Origin: Oligoflexales bacterium
GTDB taxonomy: Bacteria; Bdellovibrionota_B; Oligoflexia; Oligoflexales; Bog-1112
Assembly: GCA_045106415.1 (NCBI GenBank)
Contig: JBGCEP010000001.1
Coordinates: 15,522 to 79,521 of the forward strand
DNA: 64,000 bases
Reading direction: 5' to 3'
In this document: one piece after another, positions 37,144 through 48,015 of the stretch
Layout: each line of letters starts with the position of its first letter
Numbering within the stretch: position 1 is the stretch's first letter
The notes under the pieces: generated by a model
Told to the model about the DNA's origin: nothing
The model's database searches: none
What the model saw: the letters and a program-made list of their open reading frames with translations, nothing else
Position numbers and translations under genes: made by a program

Positions 37144-39414
37144 TTAGAGTAAACCAGCGACAGGTGGGCGTAGCATCTGTTGTCTAAGGCGAGCAGCAGA
37201 GTCTGAGAGAGGCCCAAGCTTTGCTTGTGCAAGAGATTGTAACCATGATGAAGATCGATAAATGAGTCCTGTCATATCTCCGCCTGCAAAGCGAGGAGAA
37301 GCATGCAGAGCAACCATGTCTTCCCATGGTGTTTCCATGAGCCAAGCTTCAGCAAGTGTTGATCCTTTTTCATTAAATTCTTTGTATTCGGGTTCAGCGT
37401 TGTCCCAGTGGTGACCCTGACTTTGAAAGTCATACATCGAAGGGAATAAGAATAATGGGTATAGTTCTGACAGGGTGAATAAGATGTCTTTTTTCTTATA
37501 GAGAAGTTGAGCGCGTGAGGCTTGTGGTTTTTTATAGGATGCAAGTGATAATGCAGCAGAAATTTTGACAAATTCCATGAGGTTATCTTCGTGTAACTCT
37601 CCAGATGTAATTAAGTCAGCAACATAAAGTCCGCCAGGTTGAGGGAAGTATCGAGCAAGGGAGCCGAAGTCAGTGAGTTGATCCTTTTCATCAAGAGCAT
37701 TGATTTTATGAAGGTGGCGATGCAGTTTTCCAAGAGGGTTGCCTTGCTTTGTATCACTGCGTTGTTTGAGAGCCTCAATACAGGCTGTGCGTTGAGGGCA
37801 CTGTGTGCAACGTCGTTGGTGTTTAGGGCGTGTGATTTCATGTGTTGGATTTCCGCAGAAGGATGGAGCTCCAAGTTTGTCATTCATATACTTTGGTGTC
37901 GCGAGTCGAAGTTTAGATTGTTTTCTTTGTAGTTTGAAAAAACTGTGATCATAAAAACGCTCAATACGCTCTAGGGTATAGCCGCTACCGATGAGCCCAA
38001 GAAAAGTTGCAGGGTCTATTTTAAGTTGACTTCTACAAATTTCACGGCGTGGTTGCCCAAGAACTTGCCATGATTTGAGAGTTGGCCAACATGTATAACC
38101 GATAGCGTCTCTTCCTCTTCGCCCTGCTCGCCCGTTCATTTGCAGAACATCAGTGGCAGTATAACGCGTGAATCCGTCTTCTCCTGGACGGTCGAGATCA
38201 CTTATGAGGGAGGATCGTACCGAAAAGTTGATTCCTAAACTGAGGCCCATAGTCGCCGTGCAAATGTTAAGAAGACCTTGTTTGACCAATGATTCAACTG
38301 CGACTCGCCCCATAGGAGTGAGTCCTGAGTGGTGATAGCCTACACCGTATTTTGTCATGATGTTGTGAAGACCAGATGGCATATAACCAAGACACTGAGT
38401 TTCACTGTGTAGTTTATCCAGTGCATTTTTGATAGCAGTGCACTGATCTTTTTCAAGAGGGGGAAACTCTTCGGCTATAGCAAACGCTAATTCTTCACAA
38501 TCTCGACGAGTGCCTGCATAGACGATCCCTGGAGTTAAGCCTTGTTGATGAAGAACGGTGATTTTTTGTGGTAATGACTGAGAGGCTTTTGTTTCACGAA
38601 TTCGTTTTTTTCGAGGAACCTCATCCCCTAAAATCCAGTGATCATCTACCCAGACTAAATCTTGAAGGGGGACTGGCCTTTTCTCAACTTGAAGAACAAT
38701 ACAAGGACGATCAAAGAGCTGTTCAAGCCATGTCGCGAATTCCTCTGGGTTTGCGACAGAGGCTGAGAGAAGCAGTGTTTGGCATGATGGAGGAGTTAGG
38801 ATGAGAGCTTCTTCCCAGGCGCTTCCTCGGCTTGAATCGTGGAGGTAGTGATATTCATCAAAGACAACAAGTTGTCTCCTCATGTCAGGTTCTACGCCGA
38901 GTAGAGAGTTTCTGTAGGACTCCAAAGTTGCCACAACAATAGGGGCGTCAAGATTTTCTTTTAAGTCTCCCGTTGAAATACCGACATTTTCTTTTCCGTA
39001 AAGAGCGCGGAACTCTCGAAGCTTGTCGTTGGTAAGGCTTTTAACAGGGCAGGTATAACAAGCTCGAAAATCTGGATGATCGAGATTCTGACGGAAGAAT
39101 TCTTCTACGGCCCGTGTCTTCCCAGCTGTTGTTGGTGCGTCAATGATGACGTTAGCTCCACCAGTTAAGGCATCAACAGTGTCTTGTTGCCAAGGGTCTA
39201 ACAGGCCTTTGTCAGTTGTTTCAAGAGGTCCCTTGTTACGGTAACTTTCTAGAAGTTTGTGTGTTTTTTCGAGCGCGCTCCCCCAGTTTTTTTGTGAAGA
39301 AGGTGGCTGAAAAGATGATTTTGTGCGCGGTGAACCTTCTTTATGGAAGTGTTTTTTTGTCGGTGCTTTTTTAGAATGATTTTTTTTGCTGGATTTTTGT
39401 TGTTTAGGAGGCAT
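37144..39414 (-). CDS. Ski2/HelY-like DExH RNA helicase
   Basis: APTTAGKT, PVKSLTNDK, DEYH, LSAS, YHHSGL, QMNGRAGRRG. Confidence 0.9.
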   Translation of the reverse strand: MPPKQQKSSKKNHSKKAPTKKHFHKEGSPRTKSSFQPPSSQKNWGSALEKTHKLLESYRNKGPLETTDKGLLDPWQQDTVDALTGGANVIIDAPTTAGKTRAVEEFFRQNLDHPDFRACYTCPVKSLTNDKLREFRALYGKENVGISTGDLKENLDAPIVVATLESYRNSLLGVEPDMRRQLVVFDEYHYLHDSSRGSAWEEALILTPPSCQTLLLSASVANPEEFATWLEQLFDRPCIVLQVEKRPVPLQDLVWVDDHWILGDEVPRKKRIRETKASQSLPQKITVLHQQGLTPGIVYAGTRRDCEELAFAIAEEFPPLEKDQCTAIKNALDKLHSETQCLGYMPSGLHNIMTKYGVGYHHSGLTPMGRVAVESLVKQGLLNICTATMGLSLGINFSVRSSLISDLDRPGEDGFTRYTATDVLQMNGRAGRRGRDAIGYTCWPTLKSWQVLGQPRREICRSQLKIDPATFLGLIGSGYTLERIERFYDHSFFKLQRKQSKLRLATPKYMNDKLGAPSFCGNPTHEITRPKHQRRCTQCPQRTACIEALKQRSDTKQGNPLGKLHRHLHKINALDEKDQLTDFGSLARYFPQPGGLYVADLITSGELHEDNLMEFVKISAALSLASYKKPQASRAQLLYKKKDILFTLSELYPLFLFPSMYDFQSQGHHWDNAEPEYKEFNEKGSTLAEAWLMETPWEDMVALHASPRFAGGDMTGLIYRSSSWLQSLAQAKLGPLSDSAARLRQQMLRPPVAGLL

Positions 39415-39416
39415 AG

Positions 39417-40103
39417 CTATCCTTGATTGACAGAGTGAAGGCCGAGTGTGAAAAAGCGTTTGCGAACAAGTTGGTCGACAGTTGTTTTGAGTTCGGAGAT
39501 TGGTTTGTCGGTGTTGATGATGATTTGTGCGTGATACTTTTTCTCTTCTTGTGAGGCTTGAGTATGAATCAGTGCTTCTGCTTCATTGTAACTTATATGG
39601 TCACGTCCCATGAGACGAATGATTTGGGTGCTTTTTGGGCAGTCTGTAAGCCAAAGATCCCGAAAATCGGATATTTTGTTTTTTTCAATGAGGAGAGCCG
39701 CCTCGTAGAACCAAGGTTGTGGATTGTCAAAGAGACCTTTTGAGTAAAGTTTATAGAAAAGTTGTTCTTGTATTGCGGGGTGCATGACTTCTTCAAGCCT
39801 GTCTTTGTCTTGTGGTGATTCTTGTATTTTTTTTCGTAGACTTCTGCGATTGAGGGAGCCGTCTTTATGTAAAATCTCATCGCCAAATAATGCGGCAATT
39901 TCAAGCAGTGCGACCGCTCCAGGTTGTACAACTTCGCGAGCAAGTTGGTCTGCATCAATGACGATATGTTGAGACCCTAAGAGTCGAGCAATTGTTGATT
40001 TCCCTGTCGCAACACCACCAGTTAAGCCTATGCCGTAGCAGCGACATATGGAGGATAATATTTTTTTATCGATGGGCACAAAGCTTCCTTCAAAAAGAAT
40101 CAC
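39417..40103 (-). CDS. coaE: Dephospho-CoA kinase
   Basis: IGLTGGVATGKST, IDADQLAREVV, LEEVMHP. Confidence 0.95.
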   Translation of the reverse strand: MILFEGSFVPIDKKILSSICRCYGIGLTGGVATGKSTIARLLGSQHIVIDADQLAREVVQPGAVALLEIAALFGDEILHKDGSLNRRSLRKKIQESPQDKDRLEEVMHPAIQEQLFYKLYSKGLFDNPQPWFYEAALLIEKNKISDFRDLWLTDCPKSTQIIRLMGRDHISYNEAEALIHTQASQEEKKYHAQIIINTDKPISELKTTVDQLVRKRFFTLGLHSVNQG

Positions 40104-40188
40104 TTCTTTATAGTGCTTTCAAAGAAGGATTTCTACTCTTCACATCTAATTAAGGTAAAATATCAATAAATTTATCATTGAGGTGTGT

Positions 40189-40971
40189 ATGAGTGTGACA
40201 TATGGTGAATATCTATGTTTGGATCATGTTTTAAATGCCCAGAAGCCTCGATCATCCGATGAACATGATGAAATGCTTTTCATAGTGATTCACCAAACGT
40301 ATGAGTTGTGGTTTAAACAAATTTTACATGAGTATGAAAGTCTTGTGATCGGCATGCAGGAGGATAATGCGTTTCGTGTTCTTTCAGACTTACAAAGAAT
40401 ACTTGTTATTATGAAGTCTTTAGTAAAGCAAATTGATGTGTTAGAGACGATGAAACCTATGTCTTTTTTGGGTTTTCGCAAGAATTTAGGAACATCAAGC
40501 GGTTTTCAATCTGTACAGTTTAGAGCGATTGAATTTTCTTTAGGGCACAAAAAGAGACAAAGTATTGATCAGCTGAACTCGACGGATGAAGAAAAGCAAA
40601 AGTTAGAAAAATTATGGATGCAACCATCTTTATTTGATCATTTGCTGCTGTGGATAGAAAGAAGTGATCCAGGAAGTGTTCCTGAAGATGTGCTTGGTCG
40701 TGATGTGACTCAAACATATAAAGGAGATGAAAGAGTGGAAGATTTAATTTTAGAGCTTTATAAAAAAAATGATTTCTTTTCACTTATTTTTGAGCACTTA
40801 ATGGATTGGGACGAAGGACTTCAAGAGTGGCGATATCGCCATGTGAAGTTGGTTGAAAGAACAATGGGGGGAGTACGTGGGACAGGAGGATCAGCTGGTA
40901 TTGAATATCTCAAAAAGAGTTTATTTAGACCTAGTTTTCCAGATCTATGGAACTTACGGGCAAAATTTTAG
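40189..40971 (+). CDS. kynA: Tryptophan 2,3-dioxygenase
   Basis: HDEMLFIVIHQTYELWFKQ, SSGFQS, WRYRHVKLVER, GTGGSAG. Confidence 0.95.
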   Translation: MSVTYGEYLCLDHVLNAQKPRSSDEHDEMLFIVIHQTYELWFKQILHEYESLVIGMQEDNAFRVLSDLQRILVIMKSLVKQIDVLETMKPMSFLGFRKNLGTSSGFQSVQFRAIEFSLGHKKRQSIDQLNSTDEEKQKLEKLWMQPSLFDHLLLWIERSDPGSVPEDVLGRDVTQTYKGDERVEDLILELYKKNDFFSLIFEHLMDWDEGLQEWRYRHVKLVERTMGGVRGTGGSAGIEYLKKSLFRPSFPDLWNLRAKF

Positions 40972-40972
40972 C

Positions 40973-42067
40973 TCAGATCGTTGTTCTGGAGGTTTCAGAG
41001 TTGTCGCCATTAAAGGCTGCTACACTTTTTTTGTACTCTTTCCATTGACCAATATCTGCGTAAGAAGTCTCACTGACTGGGTAGACGCCGACTTTTCTTT
41101 GTTTTTCGGTGAGATGAGTGATCAGATCCGTGATGTGAAAAATACCGTCCTTAGGAATTAGGTTCAGAGCTTTTGTTTCCAATACATAGATGCCAGTATT
41201 GATGGTGACGGTGTATTTGGGTTTTTCTACAATTTCTTCTAAATGCCCTTGTTCGGTGAATTTCACAACTCCATATGGGAGAATGTGAGATTGTAAAGAA
41301 CCAATGACTGTAATCTCATTGTTCTGAGCTTGGTGGAATTTGACTATGTCTGAATAGTCAGCATCAACCATGATGTCACAGTTTGAAAGAATAAACGTCT
41401 CACTTTGAAGTTTAGGAAGGAGGCATAAGCCTCCCCCTGTGCCACGAGGTGTTTCTTCCCATATATAATGTATTTTACAAGGTTTGTTTGTGCTTTCTAG
41501 CCATGATTTGATGAGGTTTCCCTTGTAGTTGAGGACAATGTAAAATTCATCAACGCCTAAGGCCAGAAAGCGATCAATGATGTGTTCAAGAATAGGTTTT
41601 TCGCCAACCGGAATGAGTGGTTTAGGAAGAACTCTAGTGAAAGGGTCTAAGCGAGTTCCTTTTCCTCCAGCCATGATGACAACAGGTGTTTTTAGTGTGG
41701 AAGGGGTGTCAGGATTAATCGTGAAGAAGGTGTCCCACAAGACTATATCAACTACATGGCCATTTTTGGATAAAACAGGAACAGCTTCGACCCGACTCTT
41801 AAGTATGAGTTCTTGTGCTTCTTCTTTTTGAAAGCCTTCTTCTAGAAGAATTGGAGAGCGATTTGTGCAGCTTTCAACAGTGCCAGAAACCCCAGCTGTT
41901 TTGAGAATCTGCCGACGGATATCTCCGTCGCTAATAACTCCTAGAAACTTATGATCCGTATCTATGACGATCAGAAGTTGTAACCCTGTTTTATCCATTT
42001 GAATCATGGCTTCATACAGAGAGGTTTCTGACAAAATTTGGACAGCTTTGATCTCTTGTGGTGTCAT
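40973..42067 (-). CDS. CBS-domain sugar-1-phosphate nucleotidyltransferase (legionaminic-acid pathway type)
   Basis: CBS pair (GVISDGDIRR), then MAGGKGTRL..PKPL, GTGG, DIG. Start uncertain. Confidence 0.88.
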   Translation of the reverse strand: MTPQEIKAVQILSETSLYEAMIQMDKTGLQLLIVIDTDHKFLGVISDGDIRRQILKTAGVSGTVESCTNRSPILLEEGFQKEEAQELILKSRVEAVPVLSKNGHVVDIVLWDTFFTINPDTPSTLKTPVVIMAGGKGTRLDPFTRVLPKPLIPVGEKPILEHIIDRFLALGVDEFYIVLNYKGNLIKSWLESTNKPCKIHYIWEETPRGTGGGLCLLPKLQSETFILSNCDIMVDADYSDIVKFHQAQNNEITVIGSLQSHILPYGVVKFTEQGHLEEIVEKPKYTVTINTGIYVLETKALNLIPKDGIFHITDLITHLTEKQRKVGVYPVSETSYADIGQWKEYKKSVAAFNGDNSETSRTTI

Positions 42068-42229
42068 AGTATCCCTAATCATTTTGATTTTTAAGCACTC
42101 TCTTAAGATAGCGGAATGAGGTTTCTGGATCAATCTTATCCGGTATGCTTGGGAGCCAGTCAAGACTGTGATAATCTTTTGACACATAGATATTGACCAC
42201 ACAACTTGTTTTATGACTGGAGATATACC

Positions 42230-43750
42230 TTGAAGGTTTTGTTTTTAAATCCGCCGTTTATGGCTAATTTTTCTAGAGAATCTCGAAGTCCAGCTGTCGC
42301 AAAGAGTCGCACGCTCTACTACCCTAAGTGGTTAGCGCATGCTGCAGGTGTGGCAATAAAAGAGGGGCATGAAGTTGATTTTATTGATGCACCTGCTGCG
42401 CCTTTTGACACTAAGTATGTGATTGATCGTATGCGTTCGAAAAATATTGAAGCTGTGGTTGTAGAAACATCAACGCCAAGTATTATTAATGATATTGAAG
42501 TTGTTGAAGAGATCCATGCAGCGTTACCAAACGTTCACATGATGATGGTGGGCCGACACGTGTCGGCGCTGCCGAATGAAACCTTTGAACAGACTCCAAG
42601 TTTAAAAGTGATTGCTCTCAGAGAGTATGACTATACGGTTAGGGATTGGTTGGCTGCTTTGGAGTCAGGGGCATCTCTTGATAGTGTTGCCGGTTTGATG
42701 TGGAAAAATGATCGCGGCGAGCTTATTAAAAATGAAAAAAGACCTGTGATTGAAAATCTTGATGAACTTCCTTTTGTATCAGAAGTTTATAAAAGATTTT
42801 TGCATGTCCCAGATTATTTTTATGGACACTCTTACTGGCCTATTGTGACTTTTGATACCAGTCGTGGTTGCCCTTATCGTTGCACATTCTGTCATTACCC
42901 ACAGACGTTTAGTGGTCATCGTATGCGTTATCGTTCTGTGGAAAATGTAGCCGATGAATTTGACTACATTCGAAGAGAATTGCCTGATGTAAAAAATATT
43001 ATGTTTGAAGATGATACTTTTATTATTGATGTTGATAGAACAGAGCGTTTAGCTGATGAGCTGATTAAACGTAACAACCCAATTCCATACACGAGTAATG
43101 TTCGCGCAAATGTAAATGCAGATGTGCGTTTCTTTAAAAAGCTCCGTAAGAGTGGAGCGAGAATGTTCTGTGTCGGAATTGAGAGTGGTGACGATGAAGT
43201 TTTAAAACATATGAAAAAGGGTTTAAACCTAGATAAAACTCATGACTTCATGAAGAATTGTCGCGACTCTGGGATTATGGTTCATGGGTGTTTCATGGTA
43301 GGAAACCTTAATGAAACTAAAGAGACGATGCAAAAAACTCTAGATCTTGCCTTACAGCTGAGACCTGATACAGCGCAGTTTTATCCTATCATGGTGTATC
43401 CAGGAACGGCTGCATATGAAGAGGCAAAAGTAAAAGGGTATTTGAGCACAGAGGACTATAGCCAATGGTTGACTTCTGATGGTTTGCACAACAGTGTTGT
43501 GAATCTACCAAATATTTCTCATAGAGAGCTGGTTGAGTTCTGTGATCATGCCCGGATTAAATTTTATCTCAATCCCCGTTATATTGCTTTTAAAGCCTGG
43601 CAGTCTTTGAAAGATCCGCGAGAACTTGTTCGTAATGTCATGGGATTTCAAAAACTAGTGAAATATCTTATTATGGGCTCTTTTTCGGCTGATGATAAAG
43701 CGAATAAAGAATCAGAAGTAGGAACGAAAACGGCAACTGCAGGTGGTTGA
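42230..43750 (+). CDS. B12-binding radical SAM protein (HpnJ-like)
   Basis: VLFLNPP N-terminus, TSTPS, SRGCPYRCTFC, EDDTF, GIESG, YPGT. Confidence 0.88.
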   Translation: MKVLFLNPPFMANFSRESRSPAVAKSRTLYYPKWLAHAAGVAIKEGHEVDFIDAPAAPFDTKYVIDRMRSKNIEAVVVETSTPSIINDIEVVEEIHAALPNVHMMMVGRHVSALPNETFEQTPSLKVIALREYDYTVRDWLAALESGASLDSVAGLMWKNDRGELIKNEKRPVIENLDELPFVSEVYKRFLHVPDYFYGHSYWPIVTFDTSRGCPYRCTFCHYPQTFSGHRMRYRSVENVADEFDYIRRELPDVKNIMFEDDTFIIDVDRTERLADELIKRNNPIPYTSNVRANVNADVRFFKKLRKSGARMFCVGIESGDDEVLKHMKKGLNLDKTHDFMKNCRDSGIMVHGCFMVGNLNETKETMQKTLDLALQLRPDTAQFYPIMVYPGTAAYEEAKVKGYLSTEDYSQWLTSDGLHNSVVNLPNISHRELVEFCDHARIKFYLNPRYIAFKAWQSLKDPRELVRNVMGFQKLVKYLIMGSFSADDKANKESEVGTKTATAGG

Positions 43751-44726
43751 ATTGAGTCTTAAATGTTCTTTAATTATACCTGTTTATAATGAAGAATCTT
43801 GTTTAAGGAAATGCTTAGAGTCTTGTTTTCACCAGAGCCTACCATCAGACGATTATGAAGTTATAGTCGTTGATGATGGCTCTAGTGATGGCTCAGTCGC
43901 AATTGCACAAAGCTTTCCTGTACGAGTCGTTGAGCAAAAAAATCAAGGTCCTGCAAAAGCTCGCAACAGTGGGGCTGAAGTTGCACAAGGACGGATTTTT
44001 GTTTTTACAGATGCTGATTGTTATTTGTCGTATCATTTCTTGAAAAACATGACTGACCCTATTCTTTCTGGGGAGTGTGATGGTGTTCAAGGGGTGTATG
44101 GTACTGAGCAAAAAGAATTTATGTCACAATTTGTACAAAAAGAGATTGAAAGCCGATATGATGTGATGAAGAAAAATCAATACATCGATCACATCGGTAC
44201 TTACGCAGCTGCCTATAGCAGCAACGTGTTTTGTTCTTTTGATGGCTTTTGTACGGACTTTAAGACAGCTTCAGGGGAAGATACAGAGTTTTCTCACAGG
44301 TTAGCTTCAAAAGGGCATTTGTTGAAGTTGTCGAATCATGCGCAGGTATTTCATGAACATCCTTCTCGATTTTTTGAATATTTGAGAATTAAGTTTTATC
44401 GGGGATATTGGCGAGTTTTACTTTATAGCCGACACCCTGAAAGGGTTTTGAAAGATAGTTACACACCTCAAATTCTTAAATTCGAAGTGGCTATTGCGCC
44501 TGTCTTTTTATGTGGCTTGTTTCTGAGCTTATGGTTTGGTGAGTATTTAGTGATTGGGTTTAGTTTATTAACTGTTTATGGAAAATCAAGTTTTGATATT
44601 GCTAAACGGATGCGAAGGCCTATATTTAGCTTTCCTTTAGTGCTTATTTCTGTGGTTGCTCGATCTTTATCGTTATGGGCAGGGCTTGTTGCAGGGAGCT
44701 GTTCTGGTTTGATAAGTCGTTCTTAA
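43743..44726 (+). CDS. Glycosyltransferase family 2 with C-terminal TM helices
   Basis: IIPVYNEE, VVDDGSSD, NQGPAKARN, FTDADC, GED. Confidence 0.92.
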   Translation: MVELSLKCSLIIPVYNEESCLRKCLESCFHQSLPSDDYEVIVVDDGSSDGSVAIAQSFPVRVVEQKNQGPAKARNSGAEVAQGRIFVFTDADCYLSYHFLKNMTDPILSGECDGVQGVYGTEQKEFMSQFVQKEIESRYDVMKKNQYIDHIGTYAAAYSSNVFCSFDGFCTDFKTASGEDTEFSHRLASKGHLLKLSNHAQVFHEHPSRFFEYLRIKFYRGYWRVLLYSRHPERVLKDSYTPQILKFEVAIAPVFLCGLFLSLWFGEYLVIGFSLLTVYGKSSFDIAKRMRRPIFSFPLVLISVVARSLSLWAGLVAGSCSGLISRS

Positions 44727-44839
44727 TTATGAATATGATAATACTCTTCTAAGTCTATTTGCTTTTTGTTTCTTAAGAAGACAGAATGGACTCAAATCAT
44801 TAAAGTCGAAATTGAATTTCTAAAATAGTAGTAAAGGAG

Positions 44840-45949
44840 ATGGCAATGATTAAAGCCACTGACTTAGATATGAGTGGTCACGAACAGGTTATGTTTTGTC
44901 ACGATGAAGAGACTGGCTTGAAGGCCATTATTGCTATTCATAATACAACTTTAGGACCAGCTTTAGGAGGGTCTCGTTTCTGGGATTATGCGCATCAAGA
45001 TGAAGCTCTATTTGATGTTCTTCGCTTGTCACGTGGTATGACATATAAAGCAGCTATTTCTGGGTTGTCACTGGGTGGAGGGAAATCTGTTCTTATTGGT
45101 GATGCCAAAAAACTAAAATCTGAATCTTACTTTCGAGCTTTTGGCCGCTTTGTACATCATTTGAATGGCCGTTATATCACCGCTGAAGATGTAAATATCA
45201 AGGTCGATGACATGAATACAGTGGCTCTTGAAACGCCTTATGTTACAGGTGTCTCAAGTCGACCTTCTGGGTCCGGTGATCCGTCACCAGTCACAGCCTT
45301 CGGTGTGTTTTCTGGGTTAAAAGCAGCGGTGCAGTTTTATTATGGTCACCAGAATTTAAAAGGCCTTCACGTGGCAGTGCAAGGTTGTGGTGCTGTGGGA
45401 CGAAATTTATGCCAGCTATTGCACGCGGAAGGAGCAGTACTTACTGTTGCGGATCTTCATGCGGAGTCCACGAAAAAAATGGTAGATGAATTTGGTGCAA
45501 GAGTCGTTTCGATTGATGAAATTCATCGTGTAGAATGTGATGTTTTCGCTCCTTGTGCTTTGGGTGGGGGGTTGAACCCTGAAACGATACCAGAATTACA
45601 AACTCCTGTTGTCGCAGGTGGAGCTAATAATCAGCTTTTAGAAGAAGTTCGAGATGGTAAAGCTTTGATGGAGAAAGGAGTTTTATACGCTCCTGATTAT
45701 GCGATTAATGCAGGAGGTCTTATTAATGTCTCTCATGAATTAAGAGGTTATAATCGTGATGCTGCAATGGCTGATACTGCGAAAATTTATGATACGATGT
45801 TAAATATTTTTGAAACAGCAAAATCGCAAAATATTCCAACGGCGCAGGCAGCTGGAGCTTTAGCTGAGCAAAGAATCAAGAAAGCTAAGACGGTAGAGGG
45901 GCGTCTCACGCAGTCTTGGCACAATCAAAGTTGGATTAAGGTTAAATAA
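44840..45949 (+). CDS. Leucine (Glu/Leu/Phe/Val) dehydrogenase
   Basis: LGPALGGSR, GMTYK, GGGKSV, TAEDV, GGANNQL, PDYAINAGG. Confidence 0.93.
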   Translation: MAMIKATDLDMSGHEQVMFCHDEETGLKAIIAIHNTTLGPALGGSRFWDYAHQDEALFDVLRLSRGMTYKAAISGLSLGGGKSVLIGDAKKLKSESYFRAFGRFVHHLNGRYITAEDVNIKVDDMNTVALETPYVTGVSSRPSGSGDPSPVTAFGVFSGLKAAVQFYYGHQNLKGLHVAVQGCGAVGRNLCQLLHAEGAVLTVADLHAESTKKMVDEFGARVVSIDEIHRVECDVFAPCALGGGLNPETIPELQTPVVAGGANNQLLEEVRDGKALMEKGVLYAPDYAINAGGLINVSHELRGYNRDAAMADTAKIYDTMLNIFETAKSQNIPTAQAAGALAEQRIKKAKTVEGRLTQSWHNQSWIKVK

Positions 45950-45963
45950 TTTGAAAATTCTTC

Positions 45964-47187
45964 TTAGTTTTGAATGAAAAAAATTTGGCCTTTTTGATGT
46001 AGTTTAACCCTCTGTTTGAGGGTTTTTATTTTTGTTTTGATTTGAACAGTATGCTCCCCAAGAGGGAGCCAAATTCTTTTAATTGAAATATATTGAGGAA
46101 GCAAACTCCAACTGCGTGTATCTGCTGTTTCTGTTGCAGCTGTAATTATATTTGCAAGAAAACCACCGATTGGTCCAAAGCTTTTCCGGGCTTCTTGTAC
46201 GAGGTTGGCTTTAGCGATGACTCTTGCGAAGCCTTTGGCTAATAAGCGAGTTCTTCTGTCTTCTAAGGAGTTGTGAGCAAGAGCATTGAAATCGACAGCT
46301 GTTTCTCCGTAATAAGTTTTGCCTGCGATAGTGATTTGTGTTTGTGGGTAAAATGGTGATTTTGATAGTGCTATGTAAGGAAAGGAGAACCTTATAGCTT
46401 GCTCATTGACAACTGTGATGAATTCTTTACTTTTTTTAATAGCAATATTCCCATCTCTTTGAATGACAACGACAGAGCTCCCAGTGTGAGCTGGTTTCTT
46501 GATGTGGTGCTTGATCTGCTTTAGAATGTCGATTCTTTTTTTCTTATACGCTAAGGCATAAAGAGAGTGCAGTAACGTTTTTGGAAGGCCTTGTGGCGCA
46601 AACTTTTTATAATTCCCTTTGTAGGCATGAAAAGCTTTCATGTAGTCAATGAGAGCGCTGTCGTCATCGTTATTTGCTTCAAAAATAAGACCTGAAAGCA
46701 TCCAGGCAAATCCATCCTGATAATAGCTATGATTTTGATCTTTAAAAAAATTTAAACGTTGATTTATCCTTTTTGCTTCAACTCTTGCGCTTATAATATT
46801 TTGATCCTCAAGCCAAGAAAGAGCAGACATTGTGTGAATAGCAGTATGTTCATAGTCCTCCCCGGTATAGGATTGAGAAGATTCATTGATGAAAAAAGAA
46901 GATATAACCTCCGAAGCGCTTTTTGTATATGATTGATCAACAAGGTCTGAGGCGATATTAAGGTTAGAGCGAGCTTCTTGATGCTGTCCTAGCTGGGTTG
47001 CTATACTTGATTTTTCTAAATGATAGAGTAAAGTTTCTTTATTATCTTTGATATCAAGGTCATCTAGTTTTTTTTGAGATTCTCTGTAATTCCCTTGGTA
47101 AAAAGAGTTTCTCATATCTTGATTGAGCTGTGTATAAGAAGCGCAGCTCATGAAGAAAAAACATAGTGGGAATAAGTACTTTACCAT
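45964..47187 (-). CDS. COG3014-family TPR lipoprotein
   Basis: Lipobox FMSC; YTGEDYE, ARVEAKR, TETADTRSWSLLP. Downstream of lpoB. Confidence 0.8.
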   Translation of the reverse strand: MVKYLFPLCFFFMSCASYTQLNQDMRNSFYQGNYRESQKKLDDLDIKDNKETLLYHLEKSSIATQLGQHQEARSNLNIASDLVDQSYTKSASEVISSFFINESSQSYTGEDYEHTAIHTMSALSWLEDQNIISARVEAKRINQRLNFFKDQNHSYYQDGFAWMLSGLIFEANNDDDSALIDYMKAFHAYKGNYKKFAPQGLPKTLLHSLYALAYKKKRIDILKQIKHHIKKPAHTGSSVVVIQRDGNIAIKKSKEFITVVNEQAIRFSFPYIALSKSPFYPQTQITIAGKTYYGETAVDFNALAHNSLEDRRTRLLAKGFARVIAKANLVQEARKSFGPIGGFLANIITAATETADTRSWSLLPQYISIKRIWLPLGEHTVQIKTKIKTLKQRVKLHQKGQIFFIQN

Positions 47188-47765
47188 CCTAACCCTGAGC
47201 GTTGAAAGCGTTTTTTGATGAGATGTTTTTGGCTCCAAATAATTTCTGTTGTCTCTAGATTGGTTAAAATGAGATGTGTTTGATAAGTGACTGTTTTGTC
47301 GCCGTCTCTTTGATGAACTTGACTTGATATAGATCCAGACATCATAAAGTTCGCGCCAATTTGGTGCCCGATGCGACCAGCTGTTTGTTTAGAAACCATA
47401 CCGCTGTTGTTTTGATACTGAATCTCTTTTAGAATTTTTTCGCGTTTTTCGCCGTTGATGAATCGAATTTTCCCAGAATTAATGAGTTCATCAGTGATGT
47501 AGCCTTCAAAAGCTTTGCTATCGATATGTTCACTTGTTCTATTCTCAATGTGGTCCACAACGACAACTGGTTTTTTATTGTAGCGACCTTTAAATTCATA
47601 AATCCAAGGTTTTTGAATGACAGCATTAATTAGAATTTCAGCTGTTTTTCGAGCGTCTGTTTCATTCCATTTGTCGTCGAGAATTTCAACTTCTTCTGGA
47701 TTGCTATATTGAGCTTGGTAAGTTGTACAACTACTTATGAGTGTGATGAAAAAAAATAGCTTCAA
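47181..47765 (-). CDS. lpoB: Penicillin-binding protein activator LpoB-family lipoprotein
   Basis: Lipobox ISSC; NRTSEHID, LINSGK, IGANFMMSGSI, LETTEIIWS. Confidence 0.8.
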   Translation of the reverse strand: MKLFFFITLISSCTTYQAQYSNPEEVEILDDKWNETDARKTAEILINAVIQKPWIYEFKGRYNKKPVVVVDHIENRTSEHIDSKAFEGYITDELINSGKIRFINGEKREKILKEIQYQNNSGMVSKQTAGRIGHQIGANFMMSGSISSQVHQRDGDKTVTYQTHLILTNLETTEIIWSQKHLIKKRFQRSGLGW

Positions 47766-47778
47766 ATTAAGACTCCTT

Positions 47779-48015
47779 TTAGTGATTGGATAATGTGTCT
47801 ATACGCGTCCACCGGACTGTTAGTGAGGTGCGAACTTTGAGCTTTGTTGTTCCTAGAATATCAAACCCTAAAGAACCAAGCCATGTTGTTGAAAAATCTC
47901 TTAAGCGAAAAAGAGGGCTTGAGTGAAGTATATCTTGTTCTTGAGGGCTGCTTTGTAAAGAAGGTGAGTGAGATAGCGCTAGCGCGATAATAATAAAGGA
48001 AATTTTTCTGATCAT
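47779..48015 (-). CDS. Small secreted protein with one amphipathic beta-hairpin
   Basis: Signal peptide; FRLRDFSTTWLGSLGFDILGTTKLKVRTSLTVRWTR; ATGA-coupled to the upstream gene. Confidence 0.55.
   Translation of the reverse strand: MIRKISFIIIALALSHSPSLQSSPQEQDILHSSPLFRLRDFSTTWLGSLGFDILGTTKLKVRTSLTVRWTRIDTLSNH

Noticed and set aside
42067..42230. Near-zero gaps between divergent ORFs (also 3388/3403 and 61894/61906)
   Set aside because: Probably over-extended ORF starts; later starts with SD leave room for promoters.
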